A DNA stretch of 64,000 nt from NCBI RefSeq assembly GCF_963921235.1, contig NC_086108.1:78060001-78124000 (forward strand). Direction: 5' to 3'. Within the stretch, counting starts at the first letter, position 1; each line of letters begins with the position of its first letter. This document shows, in pieces, positions 1 to 14,244 of this stretch. This stretch comes from Mobula hypostoma. Lineage: Eukaryota. A program made the translations under genes and the position numbers. The notes beneath the pieces were generated by a model. The model was not told the DNA's origin. It worked only from the letters and a program-made list of their open reading frames with translations, and searched no databases.

Positions 1-920
1 ATTTAAGTTATTTTGGGAATTATTAAGCATCTGAGTAACAACCATTACTGCTGAATAGTTATTAGCATTATTATTCATTCAGTGATATAGAGAACTTAAC
101 TGAATTAAGTAAGGTTTGAAGTAAATGAAAGGGTCACACATGCATGTGGTCCGATGATTGGTTGTTACTGTGGGTCTCTGCTGAGATGACAAAGCAAACA
201 TTTCTCTTGTGAATGTGCTTAATTTCAACATGAGTGGAAGCAGTTTCAAAAGCCAAGTGTTTATGTTGTCATAATGAATTTTGAAACTTTTATATTTGAC
301 ATTTCAAAGATAGTTTCTGCCAGAGCATGCCAAGAATTACTGGCATCCATGGATATAAACTGCCTTTCTGGTCAAGTTACCGTCTGACACTACTTGCATA
401 ATGAATAGTGAAGGTATGAGTGTTAGATGTTTTGTGTAAAAGGCACAGGAAGAGTGTCCGAACTGACTTCCAGCCAGATATTTCACTTCTGAGGTCCCAA
501 TTTCAGTCACTTTGCTTTAATTCTATGTGATATCAAGAAATAACCCTGAGCAATGAGTACATAGTGAGGGCCAACAACATCTGGATTATAGAAACTTGTG
601 CTCCGTAACTGGCAAGATCTGGACTATTCTAGCAGAGTACCTGCTAATGGTTTCTGTACAACTATAGGTAAATTTTTCCAGTACATACTCTGCTTAAGAA
701 GTAAGACAAGTGTCTACATCTCATTCTGTCAGACCATGCTTAATTATAAGCATCTTGGCAGAAGGTATTGATGAGAATGCTTACCCATAATCTGTTCACT
801 GATGCTCTGATTCAGCCAGGACCACTTGGTTCCATTGCACTCTTGGTCCAAATGTAGGCAGAAGTGCTATATTCCTGAGGTAAGGTAAGAGTGACACCCT
901 TTTTCATTAAGGTCAAATCA

Positions 921-1118
921 CAAACTAGAGAAAATCTGCAGATACTGGAAATTCAAGCAACACGCGCAAAATGCTGTAGGAGCTCAGCAGGCCAGGCAGC
1001 GTCTATGGAAAAGAGTAAACAATCAATGTTTCAGACCGAGACTCTACAACAGGATGTTGACCATTTACCCTTTTCCATAGATGCTGCCTGGTCTGCTGAG
1101 TTTCTGTGCATTGCTTCA
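921..1118. repeat. Head-to-head Penelope terminal repeats
   Basis: CTCAGCAGGCCAGGCAGCGTCTATGGAAAAG (983-1013) is inverted as CTTTTCCATAGATGCTGCCTGGTCTGCTGAG (1070-1100). Confidence 0.75.
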
Positions 1119-1354
1119 ATAAGGTCAAACTCAGGTCAGTGGGACTTCAGGGAAAACGGCCCTACCCTCCATCAACAGTTGAGAAGCACAAGTATTGATT
1201 ACTGAATGCAAAACATTCAATTCCATTTGTAACTCTTTAGTAAATAAAGCTGCCGTCACCGTACACAAGATTCAGATAACATTCAGGCAAGAGATAAAAG
1301 CAGCTAACATTTTGTAAGAGATAATGATCTTACATAACAAGCTTATGTAAGAGC

Positions 1355-1641
1355 TTATGGTTGGGCACAGGAGTACATTCAGCCAGAGACTCATTCCACT
1401 GAGATGCAACACAGAGCGTCATAGGAAGTCATTCCTGCCTGTGGCCATCAAACTTTACAACTCCTCCCTTGGAGGATCAGACACCCTGAGCCAATGGGCT
1501 GGTCCTGGACTTACTTCCTGGCATAATTTACATATTACTATTTAACTATATATGGTGTATTACTATTTATTATTTATGGTGCAACTGTAACGAAAACCAA
1601 TTTCCCCCGGGATCAATAAAGTATGACTATGACTATGACTA
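1355..1641 (+). mobile_element. Rex1/Babar 3' end with (ATGACT)n tail
   Basis: RCNTERHRKSFLPVAIKLYN, then GGGATCAATAAAGT followed by tandem ATGACT. Confidence 0.8.
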
Positions 1642-1855
1642 CCACTTAACCTTAATATTCAGTGACATTATTACCACCAACATGAGAGAATCAGAATATT
1701 AACTGAACCAACCACATAAGCACTCTCCTAAGGAGCAGATCAGAATCTGACAATGATGGGCTAACTCCTCTAAAAACTTACCACCGTCAATTTATGTGAG
1801 GAGTGCAATTGTCTACTCTGCAGCAAAATGAATTGGATCCAGACTCGATGAGCCC

Positions 1856-1950
1856 ATGGCAAGATCAGCCTTGATCTTATTGAATGGTGGAGCAGGCTCG
1901 ATGGGCCAAATGGCCTACTCGTGCTCCTATTTCTTATGTTCTTGTGTTCC
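1856..1950 (+). mobile_element. CR1 3' tail fragment
   Basis: GATCAGCC..GAATGG..GCAGGCTCG..GGCCTACTC..TTCTTATGTT, the same 3' UTR as other CR1 copies here. Confidence 0.75.
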
Positions 1951-2942
1951 TATCCTCACCAGTTCGGTACAAAACAGCTTGCTTGATCGGTATCCTACTC
2001 ACCAGAGGCTTCAGCTGTATCATCTGTCAGCCTGCTTTGACAGGACCTCCCAAGCCCATCACCTCCAGGCCTAAAGGGACAAGGTCAGCATTCTCCCACA
2101 TAGTGCCATTATCACCTGCAGACTTCCCCTCCAAATCACACAACATTCAATCTTGGAAAATTATCATCGATCCTTGAGCTCCAAAACATTGGTGCTCACT
2201 GACCTATAATAATGGAGGTAGATTTTCAACACACGGGCTGTGGGGGGTCTCAACAAGGCTGCACCTTTTTAATACCACTTTGACATCAGAAATTGGGTCC
2301 AACAATAAAAGCTGCACTAGCCAATAACGCCCCATGTTTTGCACAAATAGGCTTGGTTTTAGATTTTCCTTGAAAAGCAGTGTCTGATGTCTGGTGAAGT
2401 TCAGTTTACAGCTGTGCAAGTTAGACTTCCCAGAGCACTTTAATTGAATCTTTTATTGAATTGCCCTTTGAAGAAACAGAGTGCACAGCTCTTAAGATTG
2501 CGCCAGAACCTGCTGGGGAATGCCAGCAGTCCAGCACCGAGATTTAAATGCAGGATTCCTGTGTGAACAATAGTACTCCTGGCAATTGCCCAATGGAACA
2601 TCGTGCTCCTGCAGTGGATTGTGAACCTATGGATTGAATCTGCATCAGATTAGACTTGGTGCAGCAATACTCAGGCTATTGATAAGAATGGAGAAGCATG
2701 TTAGAGAGGGGAAAGGGTTTTAAAAAGAGATTTTGGAATAAAAAGGATTAAATTTATTCATGTTTTAAATGTTATTAAAATATGAATATGCTTTAAATTT
2801 TATTAGTTTTAACTTTTTAAAAATGTCAATGATTTTTAATAGCTTTGACTGTTTCTGAATGTCGACAACATCCAGAGGGCTTAAGGTCTCACTAATGCAA
2901 CGTTTGTTTATGTACATTACATTCTTATCTTTATACATAATA

Positions 2943-3563
2943 CGAGGGGTGATTGATAAGTTCATGGCCTAAAGTAGACGAGTCAATTTTAGAAAACCCG
3001 GCACATTTATTTTTCCTACATTACACACACAGTCCAGCAGTCGTGGAGCATACAGATCCCTTCTTTGTAGAAGTCTGCATCTTGGACCTCCAGAAAGTGG
3101 TCCACAGCAGGGGTGATTGATGTTTGTGACCTAAGGTAGAAGGAGATCAGTTATTAACTTCAAACTTTCTGCATTTTCACTCAAAGAGTTGAAATGCACT
3201 TGCATATAACAAGAGCTGTATAACTCTTCTCTTTCTACCATAGGCCACAGACTTATCAATCAGCCCTGCTGTGGACCACCTGGAGGTCCAAGATGCTCTC
3301 GTTACATGCACGTGCAGTTTTGACTCTTTGAGTGATAATGCAGAAAGTTTGAAGTTAATAACTCATCTCCTTTTACCTTAGGCGACAAACTTATTAATCA
3401 CCCCTGATGTGGACCAGTTCTACAAAGAAGGGATCTATATGCTCCACGACTGCTGGACTAAATGTGTACATGTAGGAGGGGACTATGTTGAAAGATAAAT
3501 GTGCTAGGTTTTCTAAAATTAACTCCATCTACCTTAGGCTACGAACCTATCAATCACCCCTCG
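2943..3563. mobile_element. Mariner-derived palindromic non-autonomous element
   Basis: TA|CGAGGGGTGATTGATAAG...CTATCAATCACCCCTCG|TA. Transposase C-terminus FYKEGIYMLHDCWTKCVHVGGDYVER* at ~3418-3498. Confidence 0.85.
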
Positions 3564-4707
3564 TATGTGTACTTAGTGCTAGTGAAACAACATTCTTTAA
3601 AAAAAATGTGGAGGATTTTGTTAGATATTGTTTATGTCTGGTATTGTCCAGGAATCATGGATTCTTGTAAATATCTATCTATAAATTGTAAGGCATACAA
3701 TGCTGGATTTATATCTTTATCATTTTGAATTTAAAAAAACAAGTTTGAAGGAAGGAGAAATAATTCCTTGCTTTTTAAAGCATTCTGTGTTAAAAGTTCT
3801 ACCACATTGCAATGTATAAACAGAAATAAAATCACATGCATTTATGTTATTGGAACATTTACATTGGCAATTCTATTTACTTGTATCTCTGTTCCTTCAC
3901 TCTTTGGTGCAATGCACTTTACATTAGTAAATCATTAATAAATGTGTGGATTCATGAATTACTATTTTGCAAAGGTCAAACATAAAGTTGGACAACAGTT
4001 TATGATCTGTGGCCTGCCTGTTCTGCCAACTCCGAGATAATGTCTGTTTGAGGTCTTAACTTCACATGGTAAATTTCACCATTTCAGCAAATGGCTTAAG
4101 TCATCTTTACTAGAAGAATAAAGCAACATGCCTGTGAATTTCAAAGCAGTCTCAGTGTTTGTTTCTAGAACCCAGAGTTGAAGGAACCCTTCTGTAGTCA
4201 TAGTACCATTTGCAGTGAAACTTGATATAATAACACACAGGTTTGGTAATTCTATTGCCAGCTCACCATCCATTGTCTGAAGCCAGGTTACTGCCTGCAC
4301 AGGAAAATTTTCTTTGAATATATTGACTGCAATAATCACCAATGCATGCATGAAATGTATTAAGTCCAATTTTTCACATTTGATGACAGCAAGTAGAATG
4401 TAATAAGCAAAAAATAATTTCTATCTTTCCCATCCTGAAAGATGCGTTCCAGCAATAAAATGTAGTAATTCCAGACAAAGAGGAGGAAAACACTTCTCAC
4501 AGTACATAACTATAATATAAAAGGCTGTAAATTTGTTACTGGTTATGCAACAAAGTTGCAACAGTTTACTGCAATATAAGAAATATTTAAAAGCTGAGAA
4601 GTAGTTACAGAGAAAAGCTGGGCCTCTATGGCTAATATCAAAATGTGGGATTAGTCCTCTTCTTAACACATCAATGTATTTTCTTCGAATAAAATGCTCT
4701 TTGGTGG

Positions 4708-4935
4708 ATATTATTATCATTATCATTATGTGCTGTGTTGTATCACGTAAGCAATCATGGTCTTTGACCATGATTGTTCATGGCAAACTTTTGTGGTTTG
4801 CCATTGCCTTCTTCTGGGCAGTGTCTTTACAAGACAGGTGACCCCAGCCATTATCAATACTCTTCAGAGATTGTCTCCCTGGCGTCAGCAGTAGCATAAC
4901 CATGACTTGTGATATGCTTCTGCTCATACAACTAT
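4708..4935 (-). mobile_element. SINE-like repeat, possibly RTE-related
   Basis: (ATT/ATC)n tail and GTGGTTTGCCATTGCCTTCTTCT motif. Confidence 0.5.
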
Positions 4936-5329
4936 CCACCCACCTACTCCCAACACCCAAGGTATTATACTCATTTTTTAAAAATTTCTTCTTTGAAAAT
5001 TGGGAACGAGTATTCTGTAAGTAAGCTCTAAGTCACTGATAGTTATACAAAATTGAAGGAAAAGAACAATATGGTTTGGGAATAAATAATTATTTTCTTT
5101 GAAAATTCCATTCGCAGATTTAGATTGGGAAGATATTCTCTACAGAGTTTTAATTATAAGAGAGCTGGTACATAGTTAAAATAACTTGGCCTTTATTATT
5201 CCAGCTGCTTACATTTGGAATCTCCATGAGGAGTCATACTTCCTGTGTTTAACTAATCAAAAGAACCCCAGCTCCGGTGCAACTTTAATGCAAAGAAATG
5301 TTGTTGTTTTGTATCTCCTCTTAGAACAG

Positions 5330-6170
5330 AAAGAAGTTGCATATGTATTATGAATGGAGGACTGTGAGATACTGTTTCTTTAGATGGTGTTTGGTCCAGC
5401 TCTGACAGTAGAGGTGGCCAAGGACAGCCAAGTTGGTGGAAGCATCAAATGGCATTCAACCAGGAACTCAAGACCTGTAGGTAATCAACAAAGCAGTCTA
5501 CTGTACATTTGGTCTTGCTGATCAGAGTAGGTCACTTGTGGGGCACAATGTTACAGTAGGTACACATGAATCTGTGTCTCACCCGCTAGTATTGCATCAT
5601 TTTGGTTGCAGGAGAAAGTCCCAGAGGAGGAAAGGCAGGAGAGCAAATCAGTGAATCACGGAGACAGTGATTCCTGTGGAAAGAGGTGGGAGTGGTGATG
5701 ACAGGTGGTGGGATTGCATGGTAATTGGCAGAAATCATGAAGGGCATTGTTGTGGATACAGAGCTGGATAGGTTGAAAGGTAAGGACAAAGGAACGTTCT
5801 CTATGCTCTGTCAGGGGCAAGGCAGCGTGAGAAAAGAAGTTTGGGAAGTGGAGGAGATGCATGCAAGGGCTCTGCCAACCTTATAAAGGGGAAGCTACAT
5901 TTCCTGACAAGTAATGTCCTGGAACAGATGTGGCAGTGATGGTAAAATGAGAGAGAGGAATGGTGTCCTTATTCAATTGAGAGTGGGCAAAGTGTAATCT
6001 GAGTGGCTGTGGGCATCGGTGGCATTACAGTAAATGTCAGCAAAGTGTTTGCCTCTTGAGGTAGTAACAGGGTAATAAAGAGAGGGGAAAGAAGTGTCAG
6101 AAATCATCCAGGTGAATTTGAGGGTGGTGTGGAAGTTTACTACAAAGTTGATAACATTGACAAATTCCAT
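5330..6170 (-). mobile_element. Old Penelope-like RT/EN relic
   Basis: NVINFVVNFHTTLKFTWMISDTSFP, homologous to the 8444-8656 ORF. Confidence 0.7.
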
Positions 6171-6224
6171 ATACAGTACAGCACAAATGCAGTTAGTGAT
6201 GTTACAGGTGAAGAGTTAGGGCAT

Positions 6225-6382
6225 CCTTTCCCCTCTTTTCCACTCCTGATGAAGGGTCTTGACCTGAAACATCCACTGTTTATTCATTTCCATAGACACT
6301 GCCTGACCTGCTGAGCTCCTCCAGCACTGTGTGTGTGTGTTGCTGCTCTGGATTTCCAGCGACTGCAGAATCTCCTGTGTTT
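6225..6382 (+). repeat. Solo Penelope terminal repeat (other copies: ~10530-10718, 11963-12088, 20240-20353, 22325-22440, 25156-25301, 43727-43795, 45018-45099, 46886-47025)
   Basis: CTGATGAAGGGTCTTGACCTGAAAC..CTGCCTGACCTGCTGAG..CCAGCA..GTGTGTTGC shared among copies. Confidence 0.8.
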
Positions 6383-8396
6383 AGGGAGTGGTGTGAAATA
6401 AGGTTTGGAAAAATGTCTGTTCCGCATAGCCAATAAAGGGTATCGCTGGAGTCCATGGCTACACCTTTGATTTGTGGCAAATGAGAGGACTCAAAAGTGC
6501 ACTTATTTGTTCAGGGTAAGAAGTTCTGCCAGGCAGATGAGAGTGTTAGTAAAAAAGGATGTCTGTGTGGAGGGTCTGGACATCCAGAGTGAAGATGAAG
6601 CACTGGAGCATATTGGAACTGTGTTGCCTGTTACAACACACAACACTGGTTACTACGTTATAAGAAGGATGGCATAATGTTAGCTAATACACAAAAGATA
6701 TTTAAGAGAAAGTGATCAGAAATGAAAAATGTTGGATGATGAACCAAAATTTAATTGTGGTGCTTAAAATTATGAAGGGTTCTGATATGAAGGACATTTT
6801 TCCCTTTATAATAGTTAATGGGAGAGGCCATTAATTTAAGATAATAGGTAGAAGGAATAAGAGTTTAAAAAATCAGAAGTTCGTACAGGTTTCAAAAGAT
6901 GGGGGAGTCAGAAACACACAGCACATTAACAGGCATCTGAATAGCTAATTGATAGACATAAACTGTAAGGCCATGGAGTTCAGCTGGAAAATTGGATTAG
7001 TCTGAATTTGTTTTGTGGGCAGCATGATGTCATGGACTAAATTTAGAACATAGGTCATTTCAGCACAGTGTAGGCCCTATAGCCCACGATGTTGCCCTGT
7101 CCCTGCTCTAGGATCAATCTAACTCTCTGTCTGACATAATGTATACAGGGAGTACACGGCGGTTACATTAAGTTGGTAGTTTCCACCTTTTGTGCCATGG
7201 ACCCCGGCCATTAACTGAGGGGTCTGTGGACCCCTCGTTGGGAAACCCTGCGTTAGGGGCTTTTAAGCAACTCTTAGATAGACACGTGGGTGATAGAAAA
7301 CAAGAACCAGTCTCCAGTTCTTAATGTAAATTGCAAGCAGCAATTAGATTGGAGTTAGAAGCACAGGCTGCTAAGTGGTGTACTTTACAAACTAAAATTA
7401 CCAGGTGATTTTTTTTTCGTCTTCATTAAACAAGCTTAAGACAATGTCATTTAGCATATAAAACGTGATTACAAGTTGGGATGTTTATGTATTCAGTGAG
7501 TCAGGCCTCACAGCCTTAGTTGTGGATGTGTGAGATCTCTGTCACTTTAAGACCATCTGTGTGAGTTACTTTGTCCCAGCAGAGTTATCTAGAAAATATT
7601 ATATGCAGATGACGTCATCTAATAGAAAATCATATAAATATCATCAGCATTGGGGATTGTTAGAAATGTCAAGGAGAATAACAGAGAGATGGGGTGACAG
7701 AAAAAAAAGAACTGGAATTCATTCCTCATCCTTCAGTTTCTGTGACAGATGACTTGTTGGTCTGCAACTCATTGCTATGTTCTTCTAGTTAGATAAAATT
7801 CTACCTGTGTTTGGAAATCCTTTGTAGTTTGTAAATCTTTTGCTATTTGGAATTTTTTCATAAATCAGAAATCCTCTGAGTGTTAAATGTGTGTTAAGAA
7901 ATATTTGTCTAAATTTAAATGAGTATCATTAAAAAATAAAATAATTATGTTTAAATGACTTTGTTATCTGGAAGTATCCCTTCCTTGATAGGGTGGGGGA
8001 CAAGCTACTCAAGCAGTGGGTATTGTTCGGATGGACCTCTCCGCAGAGAAAAGACAGTGTAACAAGATTGCCCTTGAAGTGTATGTGGTACGGTATAAGC
8101 TCTTATAGTGAGGTACCCTTTGATACCTACATTGGATAGGACTTACATCTGATTTTGAGTTTAAAGATCTGCAGATAGGGAATCTAATCACACTGGGATT
8201 AGGGAATTGTGTGTATTAAGAGTATTGGACAATCAGCAACATGAATTGATCTTTTGTCTAAAGTGTCTTTTTGTTATTCTAAATTTGATGCATGAGGTTT
8301 ATGACAGTATTACTATATTTGGAATAAAAAGTACTGTACATCAACTAAAGCTTCCTTTAAAGTTTTTGGAGGTATAAAATAAACCCCCTAATACTC

Positions 8397-9803
8397 AGCA
8401 ACATATACCTGCCTTTTCATTGTCTATGTAGAACAAACAGTCCATGTTCCAAGCCTTCTGCAGTAATGCACCCCAACACTTCCTCCGCTACATTGACGAT
8501 TACATTAGTGCTGCTTCATGCTTCCATGTTGAGCTCATCAATTTCATTAACTTTGCCTCCAACTTCCACCCTGCCCTTAAATTCACTCAATCCATTTCTG
8601 ACACCCCCTCCCCTTTCTCAGTCTCTCTGTCTCCATCTTTGAAGATGAACTGTTGATCGATATTTTTTATAAATCTGCTGATTCCCATCCTGTTTCCTGT
8701 AAAAATGCCATTTCCTTTTCTCAGTTCCTTCATCCCTGCTGCATCTGTTTCCAGAATGAGGCTTTCCTTTCCAGAACTTCAGATGTTCTCCTTCAGCGAA
8801 CTTCCCTTCCTCCATCACTGATACTGCCTTCACCGGCATCTTCTCCATTTCCCGGACATATCACCCCATCTTCCATCACCTTACCAGTGATAGAGTTCCT
8901 CTTGTCCTAACCTATCACTCCATGATCCTTCACATCCAACACATCATTCTCCAAAACTTCTGCCATCTCCAAAGGGTTCCTTCCACCAAATGCATCTTTA
9001 CCTCCCTCCAACTCTCCGCTTTCCACAGGATCACTCCTTCCATGAATCCGTTGTCCATTTGCCTCTCCCCACTTATCTCCCTTCCGGCATTTATCCCTGC
9101 AAACGGCCAAAGTGCTACAGCTGCCCATTCACCTCCTCCCTCACCTCCATTCAGGACCTAAACTGTCCTTCCAGGTGAGGCAGCACTTCACCTGTGAATC
9201 TGCTGGGGTCATCTATTGTATCTGGTGATCCCAATGTGGCCTTCTCTACACTGGGGAGACCTGACATAAATTGGGGGACTGCTTCATCAAGCACCTCTTC
9301 TATCTGCCAAAACTGGAACTTCCTGGTGGCCAACATTTTAATTCATATAACCATATAACAATTCCCATTTCCTTTCTGACATGTTGGTCCAACAAGAGGC
9401 CACCCTCAGGGTGGGAAGCAACTCCTTATATTCCATCTGGGTAGCCTCCAACCTGATGGCATGAATGTCAATTTCTCCTTCTGTTTTATTAAAAAAAAGG
9501 TTCCTTTCTTCTTCCCTCTTTTTATCACCACTCTGGCCTCTTACCTCTTTTCATCTGCCTGTCACCTCCCCCTGGTGTGCCTCCTGCCCTATCTTCTATG
9601 GTCCTCTCCTAAGAGGTTCCTTCATCTCCAGCCCTTTACCTTTCCCACCTATCACCTTCCAGCTATCCTCATTCCCCTCCGCATCCTTTTTATTCTTCCT
9701 TTCCAGTCCTGAAGAAGGGTCTTGGCCCAAAACGTCAACTGTTTTTTTCACTTCCGTGGATGCTTCCTGACCTGATGATTTCCTTCAGCATTTTGTGTAT
9801 GAT
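8397..9803 (+). mobile_element. Penelope-like element (RT C-half, GIY-YIG endonuclease, pLTR with hammerhead)
   Basis: FLRYIDD..INFASNFHPALKFT, then FTCESAGVIYCI..CGLLYTGET. Perfect 13-bp TSD CCCCCTAATACTC at 8384-8396 and 9804-9816. Confidence 0.9.
9704..9741 (+). ncRNA. Hammerhead motif copy retaining the ACGT helix III palindrome and GUC
   Basis: CAGTC-CTGAAGA-A-GGGT CTTG GCCC-AAAA-CG-TC-AACTG. Confidence 0.62.
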
Positions 9804-12800
9804 CCCCCTAATACTCTAATCTCCACCCCTTCTGAATATTAGCCATTTTCAAAATTTGCAAACAAAATATGTTGGAGGTTGCAAATGACAAATGCTGCAA
9901 GTCCTTGGAGCTATGTCTCTAAACAAATGATAGATTGTTCATGTTTATGTGAGGTGACTGAGCCAGTGATCAGATGCATTGCCTCCAGCAACATCTGCGG
10001 CCCAGCTTGTGCCCATATGTTCCATGAAATCTGGATGTCCTCTTGTTTTCTGCTTGATTTCCCCTTCATTTGTTCCCATTGCACTTCATTCCTGCACAGG
10101 ATTTCAAAGAGGCATAATTTTATTTTACTAGATTTCACAAAATAAAGCGAACTTCCATCAAAGCATACAATAGGTGTACAGTTTAAAGATAAAAATATCC
10201 AAATGTTTGGCCATCGACTTCAAGTTAAAACTCGTGTAATCATTTTTTTTAAAATTTAAAATCCCTTTGAAGACAAGCTGTCTTATTGATAATATCCAAT
10301 ATGTCTAGATTACTTTAGAACTACGAAATGGTCTCAAAAGTGTTATCACTGTTGCTGGCAACAGTGATACAAATCAAGTTCAAGGTCTCATTGACTAATT
10401 CTGGATGAAGAACAGGAAAAGATTATTTCTGGGTGCTTAAAAGTTACCACATTTGTAAGAAGCTATTTTGCTGTCAATGTAAGAATTTGCAGGAAAGCAT
10501 TTTATGCTACCAACTGGAGACCTATTTCTATTCTCCCTTCCTCCTGCCTATCGCCCCTCCTGATACGGATCCGCCAATCACTCTCTCCACCCCTTCCCTC
10601 CACCCTCAATCTTTTTGTCCTGATGAAGGGTCATGACTTGAAAAATCATCTGTGCATTTCCCTCCACATACTGTATGCTGCCTGACCCATAGTGTTCCTC
10701 TAGCATATGTGTTGCTGCATATTTGACATAGTGAGGGACATTTATTGAGGTGAGATTTGAACTATTCCACAGAAAATAAATATTAAAATGTATTAAGATA
10801 TATGAGGTGACAATCTAATTATTAATGAATAATTTGGTCAGTTACATAGAGTCATTTTCGAACGCTGTTACCTATAACAATAGAAGTGCTTTGATATTTT
10901 TGAAAAATAATTACTTTCAATAGCAAGCTTCCAAATTTTACTAAGAAGATTTGTGATATGCAGGCTTACAACATAGAGCTATCTGTTGTACAGGTATTCT
11001 CTGTTAGGTTGCATTCAACTGAAGAGATGATTAGGAAGTATTGAATTCAGTGTTGAATTTGGTTATCTTCAGATAATCAAATGTATCTTGAACAGGAATA
11101 GATGGAATAGATTTGTAACAGTCTGAGAGTAATACTTACCACAGTTTTATGAAGAGAAAGGCTCTTAAGTTTTATTGTGTAAAATTTGAAGTGTATGGGT
11201 TTATGATCTTTTTAAAATCAATCAAATCTCCTTATGCTGGAACGTATGGGAAAAATTATTCTTGCTGAACCTTAAATGGGAAGGCTGTATATGCATAGAG
11301 AGAATTATGCAAAAATTATTTGACACATGCCAGGATAAAGCAGTGATAGCATTGTTGATCAAAATATAAAGGAATGATTTTGTCCTGACTGTTCAAGTGA
11401 TGAGTAAAGATTAACTGAAATGTGTATCACAGATTGATTGTATACCTATGTGAGGAAATTGTTACTATTCCAGAGTTTGACCGTGAAATCACAAGAAGAG
11501 AAATTGAAGAAGCACAAATCTAAATGTTTTTCAGAGAATGATCTTACTGAAATTCTTTTACTTAGAAAATGAAGAAAAATCTGTTTGAGACTTCATGTAT
11601 TGTAATCAGAGTACATGCACTGGCGTTGGTAAGAGTTATTGCAAATGTGTTTTTCATTCATCAGATCAAAGCAAACTAATGAAATCTTTTCTTGTGCTTT
11701 GTAACTTAAAAACATTAAAGTAATTCAAAGGAAAATGCTGGAGTCCAGGATTACAGGTCTAACTTTGCGTTTACTTTAAGTGAGGTGTACAGGTATCACA
11801 TGATAGTGTGTGTGTAATACATGTAGTTATACACGTAAACCATGGTGAATTATTTAAACAAACAAGAATGCTTACTCAAACAATATAAATGCAAGTTTGC
11901 TTAAGTATTAAATACACAACACTTTATATAAACGTTCAATAAAAAAGATAAAGATTTAATCTCAAACAAGAGAAAATCTGCAGCTGCTGGAAATCCGAGC
12001 AACACACACAAAATGCTGGAGGAACTCAGCAGGCCAGGCAGCATCTATGGAAAAGAGTACAGTTGATGTTTCGGGCCAAAACCCTTCTCTGACCCCTGAA
12101 AAATAAGCCAAAATCAGGTGTGTTCCTGGAGCATATTTTATTAGCCCAAGATCCACCTAATCATTTCATTTAAACTACGTTGTGCAATTTCCAAAGAAAA
12201 GTTGGCTTCATTCAGCCAATTTTAGTCTTTGAAAATTCTAAATTATTCAGTGATGATTGATTGCAATCCTGTTTTGAATGAGCTTGTGGATTTTCGCAAC
12301 TGAGAGATAAGGATATCAGCCTGAATTTCTATAACATAGAACATATGCAGAAATATAAAATTCCTCTACACGAATCAGGAATGAAATAATGTCTGCTGCA
12401 CAGCAAGAATATCAAAAATAAAATGGTTTCAGCCTGCATCTCGGAACCGAAAGCAGACATATTAACCCTTGTAAAATCTGTTTTGGATATAACCAATTTC
12501 TCAAAGGAGCACAAGGTTCTATTCAATAAAATTCACTCAGATCACTGCAACCTTTTTATTTTCCACTGCTTGTAAGACAAATGTTTGCTCTTTTCCTGAC
12601 TCATGATTTTGCAGTATGGGCCAATCACACAGGTAGTTCCATATTGCATTTTTCCATCAACTTTTACAGCTTTTGCCAAAGTTGATTGAGTACTCCTTAA
12701 GTATCTGTAGTACTTTTGGTTACAAGTGGTGTCAGTGATGTAAATTAATGTTTGTTATTTGTTTAATTTTAGTAAATTACTCTTAGATTCTTGGAGAAAA

Positions 12801-13851
12801 AAGTCCTTTCCCTCTGTAAAACTGTTCCAACTTCTTCTGATTTTAATCGGCTCTTATGTTTTACCTCCTGCAAAAAGAAACTTATTGCACAGCAGATGCA
12901 GGCATAAAACCACCAGAAAAATTACTCAGTTTGCTGGAAGCCACCTTTGCAAAGTTGTATGATATGGGCCAAGGGCTTAGCATCGCCATTAGATGATACA
13001 ATCATGATGTCTAAGGACAACTTAGTAGACAGACCTTAAATTCCCTTTTTCTACTTGTCCTCCAGACACTTGTTTAGCAACTCTAGACCAAATTTGTAAA
13101 TCAAGTGTATCGAGATAAATATAAACTAATCAAAAAATACTCTCCATTACTTACTTCTTCAATAAACCTGAATATAAAACCATAAGACATAGAAGAAGAA
13201 TTAAGCTATTCAGCCTGTTGCGCCTGCTCCACCATTCAATCATGTTGGATTCGTTATCCTTAGCAACCCTATTCTCCTGCCTTCTCAACATAACATTTGA
13301 CACTCTTTGTAATGAAGAACATACCTACATTCACTCTAAATACATATACCCAATGTCTTGGCCTTCACAGCCATCTATGAGATGAATTCCACAGATTCAC
13401 CACCCTCTGGCTAAATAAATTCCTCCTGCACTCTGTTCCTAGTTTACACCAGTACAGTATAGGAAACGTTCTCTTCACATCCACTCTATCTAGGCCTTCG
13501 AATATTCATTAGATTTCAATAAGATCCCTCCTCATTCTAAATTCCAGCGGGTACAGTCTCGGAGCCATCAAATGGTCCTCGTACGTTAACCCTTTCATTC
13601 CCATGAAACTCCTCAAAAGAAATCAAATATTCATGCATCTATTATTAAAGCATGTATGCAGTATACAGTCATAAGATTCATCTTCCCCCATAGACAGCCA
13701 TGAAAGAATGAAAACCATAGAACCCATTCAAAGAAAAACATCTCACCCTCCTCCAGCAAAATAAAACCAAAATCAAACATATCATGCAAACAGCAACAAA
13801 AAAGAGTGAAAAGCATAGAATATAAAACACAAAATCAAATGAGTCCAGATA

Positions 13852-14213
13852 TATTCAAGCAACACACATAAAAAATGCTGGTGAATGCAGCAGGCCAGGC
13901 AGCATCTATAGGAAGAGGTACAGTCGATGTTTTGGGCCGAGACTCTTCATCAGGACTAACAGAAAGAAGAGGTAGTAAGATTTGAGAGTGGGAGGGGGAG
14001 GGGGAGATCCGAAATGATAGAAGACTGGGGGGAGGGTGGGGGATGGAGCTAAGAGCTGGAAAGTTGATTGGCAAAAGGGATACGAGGCTGGAGAAGGGAG
14101 AGGATCATGGGACGGGAGGCCGAGGGAGAAAGAAGGGGGGAGGGGAGCCCAGGGATGGGCAAGGAGTTATAATGAGAGAGACAGAGAGAGATAGAAAAAA
14201 ATAGTAAGAATAA

Positions 14214-14244
<31 letters not shown>

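Noticed and set aside
4076..4771. 97-aa and 116-aa ORFs
   Set aside because: No recognisable homology or convincing splice signals; one overlaps a SINE-like repeat.
11700..11921. Short solo LTR (TG...CA ends)
   Set aside because: TSD is ambiguous and there is no second copy or internal sequence to support it.
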